Shown: positions 35,736-49,964, counted from the first letter of the whole stretch. The stretch is DNA of 63,132 nucleotides, filler included, from Octopus bimaculoides (GCF_001194135.2; 4 parts of 4 records of this genome joined end to end with filler, not necessarily neighbours in it); one strand, 5' to 3'. Made by a program: numbers and translations. The notes: a model not told the origin generated them from the sequence alone.

Positions 35736-38032
35736 TTAACTCTTTAGCATTTAAACCGGCCATATCCAGCTGTTGTAATCCTTAAAGTCAGATTTTTATA
35801 ATGACCACTTCGGTTTAACAATACTGTTGTTAGACCAGTTAAGACACTACTATCTAAGACCAGCTGCTTCATACTCTTTCACTATACTGACCGATGTCAC
35901 CTTATTTATAGTGCCTAGTATATACCACTTGTCACATGGGAGGGGTGTACCATTATTACTATCATACCCACAACATTTTCTAGCTAGAGAAACCATAGAC
36001 AATGGAGCCTGGTGTGGCCCCTGGCCTTCTCAGTTCCAGTCAAACAGTCCAACCCATGCCAGCATGGAAACAGACATAAGATGATGTTTTTCTTAAGAAG
36101 TGTCATTTTATTTCTTTTAATAGCAATACTTTTTATATCACTCCATCTCTCATTTTTGAATTTTTTTTTCGTAGTCACACATTTAATATTTTTTTTCTGT
36201 TCGGCATCCACTTTCAGGAACTCTGTACATTTTCTTTTTCTTACGCTTGTACATCTGGGTTCAATCACCTGTAGTGGTGTTGGTACTTGAAAAGTATCAT
36301 ATAACCATTCCATTGTTTCTTCCATTCTCTTGGGTTTGCTCTCAACAAATCTTTTTTTCAGTTGGTTCATGTGTCTCTTGTATACACTTTTTCTGCTTTT
36401 TACCAAGTATAACATTTTTCCTATTTGTTTGGTAATCACACCATCTTCCCAACTCTGTTTTCCATTCTTATATTCCCTCACAAATACCTTTTCACCAAAT
36501 CTGAAAAGTCTTGCTATATTTTCCATTGCAATTTTTTTTTTCTTGACAGGTAGCAATTTGTCAAAGACTGACTTTACTTTCCTCACAAACATCAGCTCCA
36601 TTGGTGACATACCTGCTGGTGTATTTGGATTTGGTGTCACCCGGTATACTCTTAAGAATTGTTGTAGAGCTACCTCATCCATGACTTCCCTATTTGACTT
36701 TCTTGGGGCTCTCTTGAACATATCAACAAAGCATTCTGCCTGTCCATTAGATCTGAGATGGTATGGCACTGTAGTTACATGTTCTACAGTGAACGTTTTA
36801 CATAATTTTTTAATTTCAAAAGACACAAATTTTGGTTCCATTGTCAGACACTATCACATCTGGGATGCCAAATCTTGCAAACAGTCATGTAAAAAAATTG
36901 TCACAGTTGAGGATGTTGGTTTTTCACAGTTACAAATTTCTGGCCATTTAGAGAAACTATCCGCTACCACCATTAAGTAGTAAGAAGCGTTTTAAGGGAC
37001 CAGCGAAATCGATGTGTAGTCTTGACCAGAGAACATCTACTTTTGGCCAAGGTTCACTTTTTATTGTGGGTAATTTTGCCACTAGAGCACATCTACAGCC
37101 TTTCACTAAATTTTCTATTTCTCTATCCATTTCTGGCCAGTACACATAGCTCCGCATTAAATCTTTCATCCTTGAAATACCAGGATGTCCAACATGGAGT
37201 TCCCTCAACATTTTCTTTTGTACTGTTTCAGGCATTACTAGTCTCTGTGCATACATCAGCACGCTATCACAAATTGAGTATAAGTTCACATCTTAGTTTC
37301 GTTTTTCACCAATCCTGTTCCCATTTACTTTTCCTGACCACAATATTCTTTTCATTTCTGTTACAAATTTGTCCTTTACTAAATTGTTTTATATCTTCTA
37401 GGGTTACTGGTAATTTACGTACCACATTCCACATTACACTTTTTATTTCTCCTTCTGCTCTTAAAGCTGTGATTACCATATCTTCGAATGGTTCACAGTG
37501 TTTCTGCATCAGTCTGGACAAACCATCTGTATGCCCTGTTTTTTTTTAATGGTAAATATTTTGTAGTCATAATTCAATAATGTAGTGCCCCATTGCTGTA
37601 GTCTATTCACTGTATGTGTTGGTATTCCTTTTGTAATCCTTAATATCGGATTTTATAACACCCACTTTGCAGTTTAGCAGTATAGTTGTTAGACCAGTAA
37701 AGACACAACTATCTAAAACCATCTACTTTGTACTTTCTCACTATACTGTCTGACGTCACCTTATTTATAGTGACTAGCATATACCACTCATCACATGGGA
37801 GGGGTGTACCATTATTACTATTATCACCACAACACCAGCCCAAATCTGCTACCTGTTTTAAGTTCTAACCAGCCAGATCTAGCCTATCAAACCTACCCTT
37901 CAATGCCATTCTAAAAATATACTATCACATCATCAAACATATCGAAGCTACAAAATAAGGCATGATTAATTAAAAACAATGTGAATGAATAAACATTATA
38001 TTTGACAAAATATCTGAATGCTAAAGAGTTAA
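35736..38032. mobile_element. piggyBac-type MITE split by the Gypsy insertion
   Basis: TTAA-CTCTTTAGCATT at 35736 and AATGCTAAAGAG-TTAA ending 38032; the halves rejoin at the CCAGC TSD. Confidence 0.8.
35771..37834 (-). mobile_element. Internally deleted Ty3/Gypsy LTR retrotransposon with both LTRs and 5-bp TSD
   Basis: LTRs 35771-35975 and 37631-37834 (TGTTGT...ACAACA), TSD CCAGC; RNase H remnant KGIPTHTVNRLQQW, HHCC LHVGHPG...YVYWP, integrase PYHLRSNGQAE. Confidence 0.93.
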
Positions 38033-39526
38033 ATCAGGCTTTCAACCATTCTTTAAACCCTAACTCCTTACATTCTCATAACTCACACTGTTCCACTTTT
38101 ATCTCAGAACTTTGACAAGTAAATTTTCATTCTATTCTCATCCAAGACCTTATCATACCCAGCACTAAACTACAGTAGAAGTAGGTTTGAGACAGGATTA
38201 GAATGAAAAATACTCCATTTTGTATGTACTCTTAGTTCAGTATGATAGGGGCCAACCCCTGGGTACTTCATGACACTCTCCTCTTCAATATGGCAGGAAA
38301 AAAAAGGGCGGGAGTCTGCAGCAGAAAACATGTCACACACACACACACACACACCTAATGCTTATATCTCCATAATCCATTGTTGTTATTGAAGGTGGTG
38401 ATGGTGGTAGTAGTAGTGGTGGTGGTGGTGCTGGAGAAGGGGTTATTCTATTGTTGTATACATCCTCACANNNNNNNNNNNNNNNNNNNNNNNNNNNNNN
38501 NNNNNNNNNNNNNNNNNNNNNNNNNNNNNNNNNNNNNNNNNNNNNNNNNNNNNNNNNNNNNNNNNNNNNNNNNNNNNNNNNNNNNNNNNNNNNNNNNNNN
38601 NNNNNNNNNNNNNNNNNNNNNNNNNNNNNNNNNNNNNNNNNNNNNNNNNNNNNNNNNNNNNNNNNNNNNNNNNNNNNNNNNNNNNNNNNNNNNNNNNNNN
38701 NNNNNNNNNNNNNNNNNNNNNNNNNNNNNNNNNNNNNNNNNNNNNNNNNNNNNNNNNNNNNNNNNNNNNNNNNNNNNNNNNNNNNNNNNNNNNNNNNNNN
38801 NNNNNNNNNNNNNNNNNNNNNNNNNNNNNNNNNNNNNNATTATGACCTAAGGTAAAATAAAATTAGTTTGTGATGCTAAGGGAGTTAGTTGTAAAGGAGG
38901 GTCAGTTGTGTGGTGTATATGGGTGTGTGTGTGTATGTGTGTGTGTGTGTATGTGTGTGTGTGTGTGTGTATGTGTGTGATATTAACCATGTCAGAAATA
39001 ATTGTAGGGCCTACATTAAGCTCTACCTTTCCACAAATGCATTGTTATTCTCTATTAAAAATATCATTACTACAAAAAAAAAAAAATAAATAAATAAAAC
39101 TGTTTACAGAAAGACTTTTTTAACTTTCTCACACATATGCACACACACACATACGCACACACACACATACACAGCTAAATTATTTTAATGTTTCATTCAT
39201 CTTAATATATATAAAAGTGAATGTATGAATGTTCCATGTTAAGCCATCTTCTGAATTACTCGGATGCAACAATTGCGAGTGAATTGACATCCCCAGCTTA
39301 ATTGAAGATTGTCGGCATTTTTGTAAAGCAATTTATTTGAAAATGCAGTGAATTCACGCAATTGTGTTTGATTAAGGAAGTGTTAGGACATGTCCATATA
39401 TGCATTGATATATGTGTGAGTGTCCGTATATACATAGATATGCTAACCTCAACCCTAACTTGGGTTTCCTTATTAAAACACCCTGATTCAAATGAATACT
39501 ACAAATAATTGATATCTATATATATA

Positions 39527-39731
39527 GGCGCAGGGGTGGCTGTGTGGTAAGTAGCTTGCGTACCAACCACATGGTTCCGGGTTCAGTCCCACTGCGTGGC
39601 ATCTTGGGCAAGTGTCTTCTACTATAGCCTCTGGCCGACCAAAGCCTTGGGAGTGGATTTGGTAGACGGAAACTGAAAGAAGCCCGTCGCATATATGTAT
39701 GTGCATATATGTGTGTTTGTGTGTCTGTGTT
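39527..39731 (+). mobile_element. SINE family A, 5' half
   Basis: GGCGCAGGGGTGGCTGTGTGGTAAG head with A/B-box-like GGTTCAGTCCC. Confidence 0.85.
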
Positions 39732-41702
39732 NNNNNNNNNNNNNNNNNNNNNNNNNNNNNNNNNNNNNNNNNNNNNNNNNNNNNNNNNNNNNNNNNNNNN
39801 NNNNNNNNNNNNNNNNNNNNNNNNNNNNNNNNNNNNNNNNNNNNNNNNNNNNNNNNNNNNNNNNNNNNNNNNNNNNNNNNNNNNNNNNNNNNNNNNNNNN
39901 NNNNNNNNNNNNNNNNNNNNNNNNNNNNNNNNNNNNNNNNNNNNNNNNNNNNNNNNNNNNNNNNNNNNNNNNNNNNNNNNNNNNNNNNNNNNNNNNNNNN
40001 NNNNNNNNNNNNNNNNNNNNNNTATATATATATATATGTATGTATACACATATACATACAGCAGCATCGTCTTCATGCCCGGATTTCCATGCTTGCATGA
40101 GTCAGACAAAATCTGTATGGGAAGATTTTCTATGACTGGATGCTCCTCCTGTCATTATTTCTTTAACTTGTTTCATTCATTAAACTGTGGCCATACTAGG
40201 GTATTGCCTTAAAGAATTTTAGTTGATTGCATTGCACCCCACCCCAGTACTTATTTCTATTTTTAAACCTGATACTTATTCTATCAGTTTCTTTTACCAA
40301 ACTGCTAAGTTACTGGGACTTAAACAAACCAGAACCAGTTGTCAAGCAGTGGTGAAGGACAAACACAAAGACACATACACACACACATACACAACAGGCT
40401 TCTTTCAGTTTTCATTAACAAAATCCACTCAAGGCTATAGCAGAAGACATTTGCCCAAGGTGCCACATAGTAGGACTGAACGATGTGGTTGGGAAGCAAG
40501 CTTATTTTTACAAGTAATATTTCCTCAAGTCCTTCAAACACGAACAGCACAATGACTGGACATGGTTTCACAAAAGATTACAAATGATAACACCACTTGT
40601 ATGATGGTGACATTCGTTTACAATGAATGTTGCCATCTCAAGACAAAGAGAAAAAGTATTCAATACATATAACAGAATAGGGGTTCTTGAGACAGAATAC
40701 ATGTAATCATAGGCTATGCAGAGAAACTAAGGGAGTACACAGGTTTCTAAGTGATAATTTTGATGTAATGACGACCAATTAAATGCAACTCATATGACTA
40801 GAACATTTTTGGAGAGTCTTTTACTGTTTCTATCCACTTATCATTGCTAAAAAGAGTTCCAGCAATATTTCTAATGCAGAACAAATTTGGTGTAAGGCTG
40901 TCAAGGGAGAAAGATATACAGGTGTGTCTAGAAGTTACTTGTTAGAAAGAACCAAGCTTGACCAATCTCATTTAAAATATTATGATACTGAATTAAGTGA
41001 AAGTGATTTCTTAACCAGGCACAAAACAAGAAATCTGGGGTGGGGAAGGGGAATAGACAATTATATTGACCCCAGTTAAATGACTAGTACTTTATTTTGT
41101 CAACCCAAGAAGGATGAAAACCAAAATTGATCACAGCAGGATTTGATGTCTAAAATGAAATAATTCTCTCTTAATTTTGGCACAAGATCAGCAATTTTAA
41201 CTCTTTGAGCTCTGACCTCCTGAACCTTATTTTACCATATACCTGGCACTCCACTGGTGCTATGGTATAGAGAAAAACAAACCATCCACTAGTAAACCAG
41301 TGTTACAGGCTTAAAGTGTTAAGGAGTGGGGAAAGTCGATTATATTGAGCCGGAGAGCAACTGGTGCTTATTTTATTGACCCCTCCCCCCAAAAGGAGGA
41401 AGAGCCTAGTCAGTCTTGGTGGCATGGCGTTTCAACTCAGAGCATAAAAAGTTGAAGAAATGCTTCAAAGCATTTTGTCTGGCACTGTAACAATTCTTTA
41501 TTTGTAACAATTCTGTTATTAAGCTTGCCACCTTAATAATAATGATAATAAATGACTTGTTTCCAACCACATGGTTCTGGGTTCAGTCTTACTGTGTGGT
41601 ACCTTGGGCAAGTGTGTTTTACTAAAGCCTCAGGCTGACTAAAGCCTTGTGAGTGGATTTGGTGGATGGGAACTGAAAAAAGCCCATCATATATGTATAT
41701 AC

Positions 41703-41755
<53 letters not shown>

Positions 41756-42437
41756 ATTGTCCCCCGCTACTGCTTGATAACTGGTGTTGGTGTGCTTACA
41801 TTCCTGTGACTTCGTGGATCAGCAAAAAGACTAACAGAATAAGTAACAGGCTTAACAAAAAAAAAAAAAAGTACTGGGGGTCGATTCATTTGACTAAAAA
41901 TTCTTCAAAGTGGTGCTCCAGCATGGCCACAGTCTAATGACTGAAACAAGTAAAAGGTAAAAGATAAATACAAGTATATTGTCTGTTCTATGGTACACAA
42001 TCATTTTAGGCTATATTCTTCACATGGTATACAACCCTGTAATTCAGTCTATCCTTTTAATTCAGTCTATCCTTTTAATTCAAAACACCAGCCATTCTGC
42101 AAGCCTACTCTGAGTTTCACATTTCTATTTTTCACAGGAACTATATTTATATATAATGAGTCCCAGAAACAAATGCCTTTTGAGAAGGCTAAGAAAAAGT
42201 GAACAGAAAGAAATTTATAGGGAGGGGAACTGTACGAAAGAAAACAAGGGAAGACGAAAGGGTACGAGGAGGTAAAAGACACAGAAAAACTTCAAAACAA
42301 AAATAATATAAAACACTGTGATGGTGTTGGGGGTGAAACCCTTTGAAAATGTGAATAACTGGATTCAATTGATATGTTAAATCTTTTTTTATTGGTTGGT
42401 ATTATGGTATTTCCTGTAGCTTACATATCAATATACT

Positions 42438-42500
<63 letters not shown>

Positions 42501-43329
42501 CAAATAATAAGCAACACGGATTTCAAAAGTGATTGCAGTACGCACGTTTCATGCTACTTCAATTTATTTAAGTAATGTGAGCATTACCTTAAATGCAATA
42601 TGAAGAGCAATCTTCAGCTGCACGAAAAAATGTAGAAAAAAGGACATATTACAAATGTGGCAACATATTAAAACCAAGTGGGAGAGAGCAGAGGAAGAAT
42701 ATATAAGTCCATCTTGACATAGCAGGGTCTATCAGGCTAGTAATTGATTCTAGACAAAAGTTTTAACTGTCTCAGAATTCTATTGTTTCTTATCTAGTGG
42801 TGATAGCAAAGGGACAATTACTTCTAAAGAGAGGGAAAGTGTAAGCAGTATGTATGGGCAAGGCTATAAAAGTATTAGAATCTAGAGGTTTCACTGGTCA
42901 TAGTAGTATCAGGTCAACAGGCATAAACACTACCATTCACAAACATGCCCACATATAGCCACATACAGGCATCTACTTATACGCACACACATAGTTACCC
43001 GCACATACACATATCTATACACTTACACATGTATATATACAGCTATTTTTTAAGCCAAGTGCGTGTATGATATAGCTAGCTCAACACTGCACATATGTAT
43101 AAACACATACATACATGTAACCCACTCAATATCACATGTTAGTATACACATAGGGGAAAAAGGCTCTACATTGTCAAACAACCTGCTAAAAACAGTAGTC
43201 AAATCTTTAATAATACCATTTTTAAAAAATGAAAAAAAAAAAAAACAGGTATATTACATAATATTGCTTAACTCTCATTATTATAAAGGAAAAAAAATAA
43301 TAATGCTTATATACTCTTTACTCTTTTAC

Positions 43330-43730
43330 TCTTTTACTTGTTTCAGTCTTTTGACTGTGGCCTCGCTGGAGCACCGCCTTTAGTCGAGCAAATTGACCCC
43401 AGGACTTATTCTTTAGAAGCCTAGTACTTATTCTATTGGTCTCTTTTGCTGAACCGCTAAGTTACGGGGACATAAACACACCAGTATCGGTTGTCAAGCG
43501 ATGTTGGGGGGACAAACACAGACACACAAACATATACACACACATACATATATATATACATATACATATATACGACAGGCTTCTTTCAGTTTCCATCTAC
43601 CAAATCCACTCACAAGGCTTTGGTCGGCCCGAGGCTATAGTAGAAGACACTTGCCCAAGGTGCCACGCAGTGAGACTGAACCCGGGACCATGTGGTTGAT
43701 GAGCAAGCTACTTACCACATAGCCACTCCT
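43330..43730 (-). mobile_element. SINE family A, near full length
   Basis: Head, internal (TA)/(CA) tract and (GTAAAAGA)n tail; further copies at about 40160-40500, 41550-41965, 48755-48900, 51695-51845, 58905-59075, 61960-62160. Confidence 0.88.
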
Positions 43731-44061
43731 ATCTTTAATATCTTTTATCAAACATTAAAAGGCCTGCTTGATAAAGGCTGCTCTGGGACTAAATAAAATA
43801 CGCATGCACGCACGCACACACATCTATAAATTTGGCTTTACTAACCATTTTTCAACAGGTACTGAAAGCAGGTGGCAATTACAGTGAGTTTGTTGCTGGG
43901 GGAGGTACATGTACTCTTGCTCACACACTTCTATCCTTCTACTTTATCTGGATTTATCAGCTTTCTTCTCAAAATACCACCGCCCTCACTGCTACTATTC
44001 ATTTAGCAGTAAAAGCTGTAGAACAGTTACAACAAAATCTACTATCATAGTTGGAGGCGCA

Positions 44062-44435
44062 ATGACCCAGTGGTTAAGGCAGCAGACTCACGGTCATAGG
44101 ATCGCGGTTTCGATTCCCAGACCGGGCATTGTGAGTGTTTATTGAGCAAAAACACCTAAAAGCTCCACGAGGCTCCGGCAGGGGATGGTGGCGAACCCTG
44201 CTGTACTCTTTCACCACAACTTTCTCTCATTCTTACTTCCTGTTTCTGTTGTGCCTGTAATTCAAAGGGTCAGCCTTGTCACACTGTGTCACGCTGAATA
44301 TCCCCGAGAACTACGTTAAGGGTACATGTGTCTGTGGAGTGCTCAGCCACTTGCACGTTAATTTCACGAGCAGGCTGTTCCATTGATCGGATCAACAGGA
44401 ACCCTCGACGTCGTAAGTGACGGAGTGCCAACAAC
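44062..44435 (+). mobile_element. tRNA-derived SINE, family B, full length
   Basis: tRNA-like head GGAGGCGCAATGACCCAGTGGTTAAGG...GGTTTCGATTCCC (A and B boxes), body, CAACAAC tail. Confidence 0.9.
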
Positions 44436-46379
44436 TATCATAGTTATGACAACTATTGGTAATACCACCAGAACTACTAATGTAAAAAGCCCTTTTGGTC
44501 ATGAATGACCATGAGATTGCACCTAGAAAGTTCCCCTCTGAGGTACAAATCTAGGTTATTTTTTGTGGAAGACTAGCAGCTGCCCAAGCATACCTGCCTC
44601 CTCTTTCCATGTCACTGATGTTAACCAAAGGAAAGGCAAAGGCTGATACAGCTTGGTACCAGTGACATTGCAACTCATTTCTGCAGCTGAGTGAACTGGA
44701 ACAATGTGAAACTAAAGTGTCTTGCTTAAGAACACAACCTCGTGATGCTCTATGCGCCTTCACAATACCATTAAGGAAATCATCACTAAGCAAGCTGTCT
44801 TTGTTATTGTTTTTAACCCCGAGTTAGCCTTGGCCTAGTAGATCTATGATCAAAGGACATTCAAGTCATGAACATCCTGCTTGTTTTTATTTTCTTTGGC
44901 AATAATGTACCTCGGACTACAATGTCAGCAGTGTATTTGTTTTAAACATATGGATTTTTAAGGGTAGTTCGGATTGCTATTTCTAACATTTCTAATTGCT
45001 AAGAATGTACTTTATACATATATATTATTTAAGCTCCTAGTGACAGGGTATTAATAAATAGCGCCTTTGAGAGCATTTAAAGAAGATGCTTCATTGCTGA
45101 TGAACTAATTCCAAGTACAGGATTGAAACAAATCCACTAGATCCCCTTTTTACTCTCCCCAAAGATACTGCATAGAAAAACAAGGTTTTTAACTGTCTAA
45201 TATAATGTTGGCTAAAATCTATAGATATATTCTGCCTTAAAGGACTTAATTGGCCAAAGCAATCCCAGCACTTATTATTTTAAGTTTGGTACTTATTCTA
45301 TCAACCTCTTTGCTGAACTGCAAGGTTATTGGATAGTAAACATACCAATATCGGATGCCTAATAGTGTTGAGAAAGACCAAACACAAAAATACACACACA
45401 GACACACACATATATGTGTCATATAAAGACATATACACATACATACACTGCTTTTGTCAACTCTTAGTCGTTTATAATTATTGTTATCATTATTAATATT
45501 ATCGTCATCAATGTAGTAAGCTGGAAAAATCGTTAGCACACTGGACTGAATTAAACGCTTAATGGCATTTCTTGCAACTCTTTGTGTTCTGAGTTAAAAT
45601 TCCACTGAGGTCAACTTTGCCTTTCATCATTTCGGGGTCGGTGAAATAGGTACTAGTAGAGCACTGGAGTTGATACAATTGACTAGGCCTTTCCCACAAA
45701 CTTCAGACCTTGTGCCTATAGTAGAATCTTGCTAAGCATTTTGCCCCCATTAGCACACCAGGCAAAATGCTTAGCAGCATTTCATCTGTCTTTATGTTCT
45801 GAGTTCAATTTCCACTGAGGCTGACTTTGCTTCCATCCTTCCAGGGTTGTTAAAATAAAATAAGCACCAGTCTAGTACTGGGGTCAATGTAATTGATTAT
45901 CCTCTCCCCTGAAATCACTGGCCTTGTGACAACATTTGAAACCATTATTATAACTACTATATGCCATATTAATTAGCAGGGATGTTCTCAAGTGATGTGA
46001 TGTGTATATGTGTGTGTATGTGTGTGTGTGTATGTGTGTGTGTATGTCTATGTCTGTTGGTTTATACCTACATATACATAGCTAATTACATAGAAAACTT
46101 CATAATCATGCTTAAATAATATATCTGTATAAAGAATTCAAATGTCCTCAAATCTCAAGAATCATTCTTGGGATTCTTGCAGAATAAAGAATTGGACTTT
46201 TTTGCAGGTTGATAATATAAGTTTCAATTCAAATTACTATTCAGTCTCTTAGGCAGCAGTTTGGTTAATGCACCAATTATCACAAGAATAATTGTCATCT
46301 ACACTCTCTTCACCTCGTTAGTTTCTGATATTTCTTAATTTTTTTTCAATTTTTGTCATATGATATTATGAAGTCCATG

Positions 46380-47085
46380 ATCTTATATGGTTTCTTACAC
46401 TGCTTCAACAGGGCAGTCAGTCTTTATAGAGAAGTCTCATAAAATCCTAATTCAATTCTTTTTCTCACTCACAGCCTCTGATTCATGTTTACACCACTTT
46501 TCTGTTACATCCCATTGCACACTTTCGCCTACGCTAATGCTCTTTTCCCTGTTAGCTTACTGCATTCACCCAAGAGATGGTTAATATTTCTGTCTCCTTT
46601 CCTGCAGATTCTTCATTTGCTCTCTGACCAAGTTTTGTTAATCTTTGCTTTTATCAGATTCATCCTAATGGCTTGTTCCTGAGCGGCTATAATTAGCACT
46701 TTGGTTTCTCATTTCAGGTTTCCGTCAGCCACAACCAGCATTCTTTACTTCCAGCATCCTTGGTTTGTTGCATGAAGTGGCCATGTAATTTTATTTTGTC
46801 TACTTGGTCTACTGTTCTTGAATTCTTCTGTTTCAGTAAAGTTTGGGACATTTCTTGGTGCTGATAGAATTCTTTCTCCACTACATACAACATAATTTTT
46901 CAGCCCCAATATCACAATATTAATAGTGTCTTCTGCATTTAGCAATCCCCTGTCTCCTTCCTTTCTTGACAGGAAGATCTTGTCAGTATTACTTTCTGGG
47001 TGATGTGCACAATGCATTGTAAGCAGCTTCCTAGTTCCACTTAAGTTCCATAGCTCAATTTTTATCCATTTTAGTAAGGGAATTA
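46380..47085 (-). mobile_element. R4/Dong-like LINE fragment
   Basis: HHPESNTDKIFLSRKEGDRGLL (decayed LYLPR..GGRGL), WPLHA, then frameshifted zinc-knuckle region. Confidence 0.8.
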
Positions 47086-47087
47086 TC

Positions 47088-47299
47088 ATTCTTCTTCTTT
47101 TTCTTCTTCTTCTTTTTCTTCTTCTTCTTCTTCTTTTTCTTTTTCTTCTTCTTCTTCTTCTTCTTCTTCTTCTTCTTCTTCTTCTTCTTCTTCTTCTTCT
47201 TCTTCTTCTTCTTCTCCTCCTTTTCCTTTTCTTCTTCTTCTTCTTCATCATCTTCTTCTTATTATTATTTTTTATTATCATTATTATTATTTTTTATTA

Positions 47300-47350
<51 letters not shown>
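47088..47350. repeat. (CTT)n followed by (ATT)n microsatellite
   Basis: Directly visible; source of the spurious poly-Arg ORF. Confidence 0.95.
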
Positions 47351-47351
<1 letters not shown>

Positions 47352-48923
47352 CATTCATCTAAATGAGAATTCAATTGTCAGACTAAGTAGCATGTAGTTT
47401 TTTAAAATTTTATTTTATTTAAAAAGATTTTTTTTTTTTATAAGGCAGTGAGCTAGCAGAATTGTTAGCATGCCAGGTGAAATGCTTAGTGGCATTTTGT
47501 CTTGTCTTTATGTTCTGAGTTCAAATTCCACTGGGATCAACTTTGCCTTTCGTCCTTTCGGGATCAATAAAATAAGCACAAATTGAACATTTGGGTTGAT
47601 GTAATCAATTTGTCCTTCCCCTGAAATGTATGGCCTTGTGTCAAAACTCGAAATCATTATTATAATTATTATATATTTATTTATTTAACTCCCATAGTGT
47701 GAAGATATTTTGCTTCTCCCTTCATGGACTTGCTTCTCCAGATGCCAAACTACAACCACTGAGTACTAATGGTTTCTAATTTACCCCAAGAGAATTTTTT
47801 TGGTTTGTTTTTTTTTCATTTTTAGATGAGGTTTAAAGCTAAAAGTGTATTGTAGTTTGATATAGTTGACTGAATAGGACTCAGTATATCACTGGTACTT
47901 ATTTTAACAATTCTGAGTAGATGAAAAGTAAACTCAGAATGTACAGGAATGTAGCTTAAGAATCTAAAGAATTTAGTTCAACACTCTACCACCTTTTCTC
48001 CTACAAACTAAAGCCCCTTGTATAGAATGCCTGCCCTGAAGCACCTAGTTAAAAATGTCATCAAAAACCCATTTATTTATGCAGACTGGCCTTGAAATGA
48101 AAATGCAATCTTAAACCCTATCAATTCTTTCCTAACAAGATGTTTCATAATGAATGCGTGCACGCACGCATGCACACGCACACACATACACACACACAGA
48201 GGTTTTGTACTGAATTTGTTTATAAACCAATGCATGACACACTGTTTGGTATGTATATGTAAGTATAAACCAACAGGCATAGACATACACACACACATAT
48301 ATAGATATACACATACATAGGCCTCTCCACATGGCTAATTACATAGAAGACTTCATAACCATGTATACAGTAAATCAAGCTTGCATATATAACTCAATAT
48401 ATATATATATTTATATATATATATATGAAAGAGTGCATACATGAATATAAGAATATGCACTCATAACTATGTATGCAATATACATAAAATACATAAATCT
48501 ATATCCTCAAAAACATAACAGAATATATACGAATTTATATTTACAAATATGCATACATGTGTACATGTGTGTATGCATATAGACACTCACACACACGCAC
48601 ACACATTATATATATACACACATACATACTCATATATATATATACACACATACAAAGACACACACACGCATATATATATACATACATACACATATTTATA
48701 TATATATACATACACATATATTTATACACACACACACACACACACACATATATATTTTACTCTTTTACCTGTTTCAGTCATTTGACTGTGGCCATGCTGG
48801 AGCACTGCCTTTAGTCGAGCAAATTGACCCCAGGACTTATTCTTTGTCAGCCTAGTACTTATTCGATCAGCCTCTTTTGCCAAACTGCCAAGCGATGTTG
48901 GGGGGACAAACACAGACACACAA

Positions 48924-48962
<39 letters not shown>

Positions 48963-49245
48963 NNNNNNNNNNNNNNNNNNNNNNNNNNNNNNNNNNNNNN
49001 NNNNNNNNNNNNNNNNNNNNNNNNNNNNNNNNNNNNNNNNNNNNNNNNNNNNNNNNNNNNNNNNNNNNNNNNNNNNNNNNNNNNNNNNNNNNNNNNNNNN
49101 NNNNNNNNNNNNNNNNNNNNNNNNNNNNNNNNNNNNNNNNNNNNNNNNNNNNNNNNNNNNNNNNNNNNNNNNNNNNNNNNNNNNNNNNNNNNNNNNNNNN
49201 NNNNNNNNNNNNNNNNNNNNNNNNNNNNNNNNNNNNNNNNNNNNN

Positions 49246-49289
<44 letters not shown>

Positions 49290-49933
49290 TATATATATAT
49301 ATGAGAACTGACTGAGTCTGTGATGACCCATGCAGACCAGAAAAGCAAACACGAAATGATGATGATATATATATATAATATATACATACATCTAGTAATT
49401 TGTAAGCCTGTATATCCAGATGCATATATATATAAGCAAATTCCTTTAAATATGTGTGTGTGTGTGTGTGTGCATACATAGCATTATATAAATAATACAC
49501 ACACACATAGAAGCTCACATAAACACATATAATGAAGGCATACACACACGTCATATACATACAGTTATAATATACATGAAGTTGACAATCTTAAGAAAAT
49601 ACACATTTTCAGAGACATGCACACACAAAAAAAAAAACAAAAAAACATATATACGAATACATATGTGCACATTCCTTTTGGCTATTAATTAATTTCGCTA
49701 GTTTAACAGATTAGTTTTCACTGGATATTCTTTATTAATGAGTTTAAATGTTTATAATTTCATGTGATATAGTTGAGAACTGAATAAAATTTTAACCTTC
49801 ACCTCTTTCTGTATTACACGTGTACATTTGTATTTATATATTTATACATATATGTACATTCACATACAGACACACATATATATACACACACATATATATA
49901 TATATATATGTACACACACACACACACATATAC

Positions 49934-49964
<31 letters not shown>

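Noticed and set aside
24308-42617. Kinase interpretation of GSLENILH and LKIALHIA peptides
   Set aside because: On the minus strand they occur in the reverse of kinase subdomain order, and no other kinase motifs were found.
44062-44135. tRNA gene
   Set aside because: The tRNA-like head continues into a SINE body present in four copies here; no complete cloverleaf.
45097-45140. CTGATGA...GAAAC on the plus strand
   Set aside because: Stem II is offset from the core and no cleavage triplet or stem I follows.
46745-47281. 178-aa poly-Arg/Lys ORF
   Set aside because: (CTT)n microsatellite fused to a Dong LINE fragment.
1266-49560. Long ORFs made mostly of X in the ORF track
   Set aside because: They are read-through of N gaps, not coding evidence.
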